This document shows, one piece after another, positions 6,861 through 12,975 of a stretch of DNA of 12,975 nucleotides; within the stretch, counting starts at the first letter, position 1, and each line of letters starts with the position of its first letter. The stretch covers positions 1 to 12,975 of the forward strand of contig JAWOBF010000008.1 of assembly GCA_046498225.1 (NCBI GenBank). Direction: 5' to 3'. Both the position numbers and the translations under genes were made by a program. Under the pieces are notes generated by a model. That model saw nothing but the letters and a program-made list of their open reading frames with translations. It ran no database searches and was not told the origin of the DNA. The stretch is from Candidatus Aegiribacteria sp. (GTDB taxonomy: Bacteria; Fermentibacterota; Fermentibacteria; Fermentibacterales; JCC-6).

Positions 6861-7035
6861 GCAACAATATAGCAAATTATTGCAGGTAAACATCAAATAT
6901 TCATAATACAAATGCAATTATTCTGTAAGTATTAACTACTGAAAAATAATTGATAGTTTGATTAGTAACTATAATCAAATATGCAATATATAAAACTCTA
7001 CTGAAAGTAACAGCAATTTATCACTATTAATTACT
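6861..7035. promoter_or_regulatory. AT-rich divergent control region with direct and inverted repeats
   Basis: 39 G+C in 170 nt (6861-7030, about 23%) in an otherwise GC-rich window. Inverted repeats TTTGATTA-N7-TAATCAAA (6957-6979) and CAATTATT...AATAATTG (6915-6952); direct repeats ATCAAATAT (6892, 6974) and CTACTGAAA (6936, 6998); TATAAT at 6970-6975. Confidence 0.65.
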
Positions 7036-7185
7036 GTACCGGCGAATACGGGGGCTGTCGGCACTCTGCTTGCGCTGACAGGGAGCATGGTCATGGACAT
7101 TGGAGCTGAAAGGAATAGCGAAGACCCGGCGGCTGTATTATCATCATGAGAAATAACTACCCGTGAGAACCGGAGGGAGACCGGA

Positions 7186-8733
7186 ATGAAGAGACTCGCC
7201 TGTACAATACTTGTAACTCTGCTCTTTGCGGCGGCTTGTTCGAATGAAGTAGTTGCCCCGGGGAATGAGATAAGGGGCTCGCTTCCCGAGAAGACGCATA
7301 CCCTGGCGGAAGCCTGGCCGCAGGCCGGCGATGCGCTGCCGGCGCTGGGCAGGCCCATGCAGCTGGACGTCTATACCGAGGTCCACGATATCTCCGGCAG
7401 CGGGATAATGGTCATCGACGTGAGAAGCCACGATTTCGATCCCGTTGCGGCGGTGGTTGATGGAAGCGGTTCCCTGACGGCCTTCAGCGACAACTGGAAG
7501 GATTCACCCAACGCCAGGATAGTTCTGGAGGGAGCCCCTTCCGGGGGGAGGCTGCTGGTATTCTCGCCCGACGACTCCAGGGGACTCTACGATGTTGTAA
7601 TCCGGGAAGGCACCGAAAACGACCTCGCGGCATTCACCGGGACCATGGACCTTTCCGCCGGAAGCATCACCGGGTGGATCAGGGCGGGGGGTTACAACCC
7701 AGTTCTGGAAAGCGTTCTCAGGGATGCCCTTGAAGACCATATCTATATTTACAATTACTCCCAGGCGGAACTCTATCCTTTCTCCCTGGAGAACGATGAC
7801 CTGGTCTCGCTTTCGCTGACATCGGATTCCTTCGACCCCTACCTCGTGCTGATGTCGGTGGAGGGAGGCGAGTACAGGTTCGTGGACTACAATGACGACT
7901 ACGGCGGCAGCGATTCCCGCATAGTCAGGGAACTGGAGGCGGGAGACTACATCGTCGCAGCAATGCCCTATTCCGCCGGCGGCGAGGGAAGGTTCTCCAT
8001 CGAGCTGGAATCCCTGGACATGGAATCGATGGAAGCGGTGGGCACACCTGCCGTTATGGCGGATGTGGAGTACACGGGCGAGATAGCCGCCGACAGGAAC
8101 CTGGCAATGGCCTGGTGGCCCGCGATGATGGACGACTGGGAAGTTCCGGACTTCCTGGACCCCTTCACGCCTGTGGCCGCGTTCACCTTTGCCATCGATG
8201 AACCGGGCGTATACAGGCTCGACGCCTCCGGAGGGATGGACGTATGTCTCACGCTGCTGCGTGAGGGCCCTGATCGAATGACCTTCGTGGCGTCCAACGA
8301 TGACTTCATGGGCACGGATTCCAGAATAGTGGAGCCGCTGATGCCGGGGGATTACGTCGCCCTTGTCTCACCGTACAGCGGTACGCTGCAGGGCGATGTC
8401 ACCTTCATCCGGACCAATGAGGACGCCGATGTGCAGCGGCTCGGGACAGGCAGGAGCGTTGAGGAATTCGCTCCATACGATATGCAGAGCCTTATGTACC
8501 AGCTGAGCGTCACGCAGGGCGGGAGCTATACCGTCTCGGTGGAAAGTGACGACCTCGATCCGGTCATGACCCTTCACCTGCCCGACGGCGAGGTACTGTA
8601 CGATGATGACGGGGGAGAGGGTACGAACTCACAGCTTGATTTCACAGCCGGGCAGACCGGTGACTGCTTCCTGAAAGTGGAGAAATATTCCGACGGGGAG
8701 GGAACCTTCCTGATTCGTTTCGATCGGAACTGA
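7186..8733 (+). CDS. Lipoprotein with about four tandem PPC-like domains
   Basis: 515 aa; SD GGAGGG; lipobox AAA-C. Repeated 'S.dFDP.l.l......(N/D)DD.gg..s.I...L..GdY' units: SHDFDPVAAV..SDNW; SDSFDPYLVL..NDDYGG; GMDVCLTLL..NDDFMG; SDDLDPVMTL..DDDGG. Confidence 0.85.
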   Translation: MKRLACTILVTLLFAAACSNEVVAPGNEIRGSLPEKTHTLAEAWPQAGDALPALGRPMQLDVYTEVHDISGSGIMVIDVRSHDFDPVAAVVDGSGSLTAFSDNWKDSPNARIVLEGAPSGGRLLVFSPDDSRGLYDVVIREGTENDLAAFTGTMDLSAGSITGWIRAGGYNPVLESVLRDALEDHIYIYNYSQAELYPFSLENDDLVSLSLTSDSFDPYLVLMSVEGGEYRFVDYNDDYGGSDSRIVRELEAGDYIVAAMPYSAGGEGRFSIELESLDMESMEAVGTPAVMADVEYTGEIAADRNLAMAWWPAMMDDWEVPDFLDPFTPVAAFTFAIDEPGVYRLDASGGMDVCLTLLREGPDRMTFVASNDDFMGTDSRIVEPLMPGDYVALVSPYSGTLQGDVTFIRTNEDADVQRLGTGRSVEEFAPYDMQSLMYQLSVTQGGSYTVSVESDDLDPVMTLHLPDGEVLYDDDGGEGTNSQLDFTAGQTGDCFLKVEKYSDGEGTFLIRFDRN

Positions 8734-8750
8734 TACCGGGGAATCCAGGC

Positions 8751-10334
8751 CTACCGCCCGCCGCCGTCCGCCCAGGCGGCGGGGTCGGGAGGAAGGGTGT
8801 CTATCAGTTCCCAGTTGAATCGGGGTTGCCATCGGTCGTGGAGTTCCGATATCCACTCCGTGTACCGCTCCGCTTCCATCTCCGCGGCTGCTACGTCCTG
8901 CAGCGTCTCCCTGACCTCTTCCAGTTCCGCCTGGTGCGCGGGATGAACATCCGCCAGCCTCAAGGCGACCCAGCAGAGACCCTGAGAGTAGGGTTCCGGC
9001 CCCAGCCAGGTTACGCTGTCTTCCCGAGCAAGGGAGAAAAGCCGCGGTCCCAGCCCGGCCGGGACTTCATCAACGGTCAGGGGCCTTGAGAGCCGCCCCC
9101 CGCTCCCGGGGGAGGAAATGGAGGATACTCCGGGGAATTCGTCGGCGATCAGGCCGGCCGTACCCGAGGAAACGGCTTCTCTGAACCTCTCCGTCTCCTC
9201 CCTGTTCTCCAGGTGAACGCTGAGAACGGATCTTCTCTCCGGTACCGTGAGCTCTCCCTGCAGGCCGGCGTAGAGTTCGTGGATGTCATCCTCCGTCACG
9301 ATCACCGAATCGCTCACAAAGCGCCGGTAAAGCAGGTCGGCGGCGGCGTTCATGGAAACGGAGTCGGCTTCCGCGAAGGCTTCGGCATACTCCCGGGGAT
9401 GGTTCTCCTCGAGGTAGGATGCGGCAGCCCGTCTTCTCAGCAGGGCCATGGAGAAGGCCGCCAGCCATGTTTCGCTTTCGGGGGATACCGGGACCCTGGC
9501 GCCCTCGATGTTCACCGAACCCACAAGGTCTCCCGCGGTAAGGACGAATTCCGCGGCGGCGGCAACGGTGTCCGCGGCCCGGTAGGGGGAGCCGCTGGAG
9601 AAATGTCCGGCCACGGAGCGGATGACCGTGCTGTCCGGCACCGGAGCGGGATACCCCAGGAACTCCTCCTGCAGGCGCTCCATGGACCTCTCCGTCCATG
9701 CGTTGATCAGCCTGTCCCGGGCCAGGTCCCTGTAACCCTCGATCCCCGCGGTTTCTTCCACCAGTTCCGGGTCGGTCACGTCCAGCGAATCCAGTGTCAG
9801 TGTCCGGCCGTCGTCGAGTATTGCCGTATCTCCAGGGCTCATGGATGAAAGCAGCGAACCCAGAGGCGGCTCTGTCTCGGGAAGATGTTCCGGTCCGGCG
9901 GAGCGGATGTAGTTCCCGTCGGAAATAGTGTACCATACGGTCCTGCCCATCCTGTCCAGGTAGAGGTCGACGTCCTCCGGGGTAATTCGGGAGGATGCAT
10001 CTTCCCGCAGCAGTCCGTGAAGGGCCGCGAGGCTTCTCATCCTTCCCGCGGCGCGGCCCGCGGAAACGATTTCGGGCAGGGTATCGATGCCCAGCCGCGA
10101 TACTTCCAGCTCTATCATGTTCCTGGTGGCTACCGCCCTGGCGAACTCCCTCTGCACGCTGTCCGATGAAAGTATCACCCGGCGGAATTCAGAAGGCATG
10201 ATATTCCACATTTCGGCCGCCTGCTCCACGGTGGTGGCCCTTCCTTCGATGCTGAACAAGTCCCTGTCCGATGGACGGCCGCCCCCGCAGGAGAGCAGCG
10301 CCAGCAGACCCGCAAGAAAGAGATATGTCCTCAT
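8751..10334 (-). CDS. PrsA/SurA-like foldase lipoprotein with a degenerate parvulin (PpiC) domain
   Basis: 527 aa; SD GAGGGA; lipobox LLS-C. 'VTEDDIHELY....TVPERRSV', 'GGRLS...DEVP..LGPRLFSL', 'ELEEVRETL.......WISELHDR' resemble the PrsA/PpiD/SurA architecture. Confidence 0.7.
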   Translation of the reverse strand: MRTYLFLAGLLALLSCGGGRPSDRDLFSIEGRATTVEQAAEMWNIMPSEFRRVILSSDSVQREFARAVATRNMIELEVSRLGIDTLPEIVSAGRAAGRMRSLAALHGLLREDASSRITPEDVDLYLDRMGRTVWYTISDGNYIRSAGPEHLPETEPPLGSLLSSMSPGDTAILDDGRTLTLDSLDVTDPELVEETAGIEGYRDLARDRLINAWTERSMERLQEEFLGYPAPVPDSTVIRSVAGHFSSGSPYRAADTVAAAAEFVLTAGDLVGSVNIEGARVPVSPESETWLAAFSMALLRRRAAASYLEENHPREYAEAFAEADSVSMNAAADLLYRRFVSDSVIVTEDDIHELYAGLQGELTVPERRSVLSVHLENREETERFREAVSSGTAGLIADEFPGVSSISSPGSGGRLSRPLTVDEVPAGLGPRLFSLAREDSVTWLGPEPYSQGLCWVALRLADVHPAHQAELEEVRETLQDVAAAEMEAERYTEWISELHDRWQPRFNWELIDTLPPDPAAWADGGGR

Positions 10335-10356
10335 TGATCCCTCTTAGTCATGATGT

Positions 10357-10390
10357 GAAGAGGGGAAGGACGGTATCCTTCCCCAGCTTC
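10357..10390 (-). terminator. Stem-loop (terminator or attenuator) between the WGxIK protein and the foldase genes
   Basis: GGGGAAGGA (10362-10370) / TCCTTCCCC (10376-10384) 9-bp stem, extendable by GAAG/CTTC; only a weak U-tract on the minus strand. Confidence 0.55.
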
Positions 10391-10409
10391 TTCTTACCGA
10401 TATACGGTT

Positions 10410-11264
10410 CTAGAACATGCTCTTGATGGCGCCCCAGCTGTCCCTCTGAAGGGCTACCTGTGAGTCTAAGCAGTAGACAATGTCCGGTGTAGTCTGCATC
10501 AGGACCCAGAGCTTGTCGGCGTAGGTGCCGTAGGGAGCCATGTCGGCGCCGGCGGGATTTTCACCCTGCGCCATTTGATCGAAGACCTCGATGAAGGCCC
10601 CGTCCATACCCACCTGGTAGATGGTTCCGGTGCCCGAGGACATGCACACCCACAGGCACGGCCAGGACGCATCGTAGGCGGCCCCGAGGATACCGGTCTC
10701 GGCAAGGGGTGCGGTTGTGAATACGCTCCAGCTGGGCGAACTCCCGGACACCCCGTCCCAGACCGCGCTGTAGACGTTGCCGCTTGTATTGAAGTCGCCG
10801 GTGTAGAAAGTGCCGGCGCCGTCGGTGGCCACGGCGTAGCTGCCCGTTGTGTGGGCGTTGAAGGAACCCAGCTTCTCCTGGGTCGTGGTGTTGTAGTAGT
10901 TGATGATGTTACTGTTGAAATCGCTGACGTACATGATGCCGGTGTGGTAGGCCATGTCGAGAATTCCCCAGCCGGAGGTGTTGTTCTGGTCGAAGGACTC
11001 GACGAAGGCGTAGGGGCTGGTTCCCTCGTAAACCGCTATCTGATTCAGGCCCATGCCTCCCGCGTCCTGGTTGTTCGAAACCCAGAACTGGCCTCCGGAC
11101 TCATCGTACCCCAGTCCGACGAGGTAGTCCGTAAGGCTCGGCGTGAACGAATCGAGCACCGCGAGACTCGCCCTGGCCCCGCTGACGGAGCCGTTGTCGT
11201 CGCCGATGTAATCCGCGGCGAACAGGGTGACAGTAACCGTGAGCAGGCAAAATACGTATTTCAT
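10410..11264 (-). CDS. Secreted beta-propeller-like protein with C-terminal 'SWGAIK' motif
   Basis: 284 aa; SD AGGAGG; signal peptide MKYVFCLLTVTVTLFA. Blade-like repeats (GLGYD...FWVSN, DMAYH..IMYVSD, AVATDG..FYTGD, GAAYD...LWV, GADM....LWVL). Ends VALQRDSWGAIKSMF. Confidence 0.85.
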   Translation of the reverse strand: MKYVFCLLTVTVTLFAADYIGDDNGSVSGARASLAVLDSFTPSLTDYLVGLGYDESGGQFWVSNNQDAGGMGLNQIAVYEGTSPYAFVESFDQNNTSGWGILDMAYHTGIMYVSDFNSNIINYYNTTTQEKLGSFNAHTTGSYAVATDGAGTFYTGDFNTSGNVYSAVWDGVSGSSPSWSVFTTAPLAETGILGAAYDASWPCLWVCMSSGTGTIYQVGMDGAFIEVFDQMAQGENPAGADMAPYGTYADKLWVLMQTTPDIVYCLDSQVALQRDSWGAIKSMF

Positions 11265-11303
11265 ATTTCCCTCCTGATATTTAGAGAATTAGCCACGCTT
11301 GAA

Positions 11304-11333
11304 ATAATAGCCCCTTCAGCTTCGCCGTGTCAA
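11304..11333 (-). promoter_or_regulatory. Sigma70-type promoter of the WGxIK protein gene
   Basis: Minus strand TTGACA (11333-11328), 18 nt, TATTAT (11309-11304). Confidence 0.65.
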
Positions 11334-11374
11334 CCGCGCTTTTCCGGGCGGCGTACGGGTACACGGAAACCGGA

Positions 11375-12610
11375 TCACTTCCGGTCGGGCAGCAACGAAC
11401 GCATGATGGCGGTTGAGGGTATCACCGGGTAGTCTATGATGACCCGGTAGGTGATGAATTCATTCGAAGACCAGTCGAGCCTCGCGAAAACGTCTTCCAG
11501 CATTTCCGTGTACCAGGGGATGTGAGGAGTGCCTGCCGACCCGGCGCCGAAACCGAGCTCCTGAATCTTCGCGTCGACGGGAAGAAGGCTGCCGGGATTT
11601 CTGCGCTCCGCGGACTTCGACCAGTCGTACCCCGTGAACTCACCGAATACGAACAGCTCCGGGGCCTCCGGACCCGCCAGGTCCCTATGCACTATCTGAT
11701 CGAAAACAAGCCGCTCAACCGGGGTTCTTGCCCGGACAAGCACTTCCCGGTACCGGTCCCGGTCGGTCCTGCAGCTGCTGAAAACGTTCCTCGCTTTCTG
11801 GGCGGTAATGCAGGTTACGGCTTCCGTATTGCCTATGGGAGCCTCCTGCAGCTCATGGACCACCCTGCCCTCCAGCCTGCGCGAGCTCACCACCTCCGGA
11901 AGCGGCTCAGAGCAGAAACGGCTGTAGAAGGGAACCTCATCCGCTCCCCCGCGGGAAGTGTCCTCCAGCGGCTCCACCCTGACCAGATCCTTCGGCACGT
12001 CATCGTCGTCGGTAAAGTAGGCCCACTCCAGGAGCCAGGGCACATGGGGACGGTTCCTGCGGAAATCCAGAAAACCTCGAATGCTTACGACATCATGGAA
12101 CTCCCCGTCGGACGAGGGGCAGAAGACCCATGTGCAGAGCTGGGTGTCGGCCTGCACTCCCAGGAGATGGCTGTACGCGTTGAACCCCGCCTTCTGCTGC
12201 GACAGGTAGGCCTTGTCCTTGCCCTTGTCGGAGCAGGACATCAGCATCAGGTCGAACTCCTTCCTGCTGTCCGCGTGCTTATCCACCATCCGGTCGAAAG
12301 CGCGACAGGCCTCTCCGGCCTTTCTGAGAAGATCATCGGCCGTTCCAAGTTTTCGGCAGAGCTTCATGAATTTCCGGCAGGCTGCCCTGCCGGGCACGAA
12401 CCGGGCCGCCAGAAAAGGGTCTTCCTCGGCTACGACATTGAAGATCTTCCATCCGAGTTTCTTGTCGATGTTCAGCTTTTTATAGACGTCCCGTGGATTG
12501 TCCGGAGAAATGCCCAGTGAGAGGAGAATATCCCGCATCACGGTTTTCATCAGTGATATTGTGGACCTGATGTCCTCATCGAAACCGGCGTTGCCGCTTT
12601 TCCGGCTCAT
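11375..12610 (-). CDS. Cytoplasmic hypothetical protein, probable transcriptional regulator (N-terminal HTH-like segment)
   Basis: 411 aa, no signal peptide, SD AAGGA. Basic helical N-terminus 'NPRDVYKKLNIDKKLGWKIF' fits an HTH-like pattern, followed by a beta-rich C-terminal domain. The CDS is well supported; the function is an inference. Confidence 0.65.
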   Translation of the reverse strand: MSRKSGNAGFDEDIRSTISLMKTVMRDILLSLGISPDNPRDVYKKLNIDKKLGWKIFNVVAEEDPFLAARFVPGRAACRKFMKLCRKLGTADDLLRKAGEACRAFDRMVDKHADSRKEFDLMLMSCSDKGKDKAYLSQQKAGFNAYSHLLGVQADTQLCTWVFCPSSDGEFHDVVSIRGFLDFRRNRPHVPWLLEWAYFTDDDDVPKDLVRVEPLEDTSRGGADEVPFYSRFCSEPLPEVVSSRRLEGRVVHELQEAPIGNTEAVTCITAQKARNVFSSCRTDRDRYREVLVRARTPVERLVFDQIVHRDLAGPEAPELFVFGEFTGYDWSKSAERRNPGSLLPVDAKIQELGFGAGSAGTPHIPWYTEMLEDVFARLDWSSNEFITYRVIIDYPVIPSTAIMRSLLPDRK

Positions 12611-12638
12611 TCTATTCCTTTCCCGAAGTCAAAAACAG

Positions 12639-12667
12639 ATTATGGGCAAATTACCGTCAATAGACAA
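12639..12667 (-). promoter_or_regulatory. Putative promoter of the regulator-like gene
   Basis: Minus strand TTGTCT (12667-12662), 17 nt, CATAAT (12644-12639). Confidence 0.55.
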
Positions 12668-12704
12668 GTCTTGTATTCCCGTTATGGAAGAGGAGAAGCG
12701 GTGC

Positions 12705-12733
12705 TTGACGCGTTTCCAGAAACAGGGGATATT
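12705..12733 (+). promoter_or_regulatory. Putative promoter of the Omp28-like gene
   Basis: TTGACG (12705-12710), 17 nt, GATATT (12728-12733). Confidence 0.5.
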
Positions 12734-12748
12734 ACTCGGCAGGAAGAA

Positions 12749-12841
12749 TGGACATGGTTCCTTTCCCCCTTTCAGAGGCGGCCGACGGGTATCCCGGTCT
12801 CCACTTCGGTACCGGCCGGGAACATGGGAAAGTCCTGTCCA
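12749..12841 (+). other. Structured 5' leader (multibranch hairpin) upstream of the Omp28-like gene
   Basis: TGGACA/TGTCCA and CTTTCCC/GGGAAAG closing helices enclose CCT-TTCAG-AGG, CGGCCG/CGGCCG, CGGG-TAT-CCCG and AC-TTCG-GT sub-hairpins. Confidence 0.5.
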
Positions 12842-12891
12842 GCGCAAATCCGTAGTTTTCCGGTATGTATTTACTTCTGAAGGGAGAGAAC

Positions 12892-12975
12892 ATGAAAGCA
12901 GTCCTGCTTCTTCTGACCCTTCTCTCGGTGGCGGCCTTCGCCGCGGAGAGAACGGTGCTCTTCGAGTACTTCACC
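12892..12975 (+). CDS. Secreted protein, N-terminal fragment; probably Omp28-related / thioredoxin-like
   Basis: Not in the ORF track. SD GGGAG; MKAVLLLLTLLSVAAFA-AERTVLFEYFT: a signal peptide followed by the 'R.VL.E.FT' strand that precedes CxxC in Omp28-like thioredoxin folds. Truncated by the window edge. Confidence 0.7.
   Translation, partial: MKAVLLLLTLLSVAAFAAERTVLFEYFT

Noticed and set aside
6861..7035. AT-rich region as replication origin (oriC/DUE)
   Set aside because: No TTATCCACA-like DnaA boxes seen and no dnaA/dnaN/gidA/parAB context.
7055..7081. CTGTCGGC/GCTGACAG hairpin upstream of the 4-PPC lipoprotein
   Set aside because: A single 8-bp stem in GC-rich sequence with no U-tract or recognisable motif; could be chance.
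11522..12520. 332-aa plus-strand ORF (also 10575-11432, 9213-9848, 2413-3066, 866-1429 and other overlapping ORFs)
   Set aside because: They overlap better-supported genes with SD sites and recognisable motifs; shadow ORFs.

Overview
GC-rich bacterial chromosomal window encoding mostly cell-envelope and secreted proteins. The lineage is probably FCB-group (Fermentibacteria/Latescibacteria-like); this is inferred from a gingipain with a T9SS-like tail and a C-terminal 'SWGAIK' motif. Left to right: (1) a minus-strand ABC-2 exporter operon (ATPase plus two permeases, the second truncated by the window edge); (2) a divergent secreted beta-propeller-like protein; (3) a ~500 bp intergenic region with unexplained RNA-like structure (a 92-nt rod hairpin, a three-copy switchable GC helix, an anti-SD loop); (4) a single-PPC-domain lipoprotein; (5) a C25 gingipain-like cysteine peptidase with propeptide and T9SS/FlgD-type C-terminal domain; (6) a ~23% GC repeat-rich divergent control region; (7) a lipoprotein with about four PPC-like repeats; (8) a PrsA/SurA-like foldase lipoprotein with a degenerate parvulin domain; (9) a secreted propeller protein ending in a WGxIK motif; (10) an uncharacterised probable HTH regulator; (11) the start of a secreted Omp28/thioredoxin-like protein with a structured 5' leader. 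No rRNA, tRNA, CRISPR array or transposase was recognised. The best candidates for new biology are the structured intergenic RNA region(s), the WGxIK putative sorting signal, and the peptidase/PPC-lipoprotein/foldase surface module.
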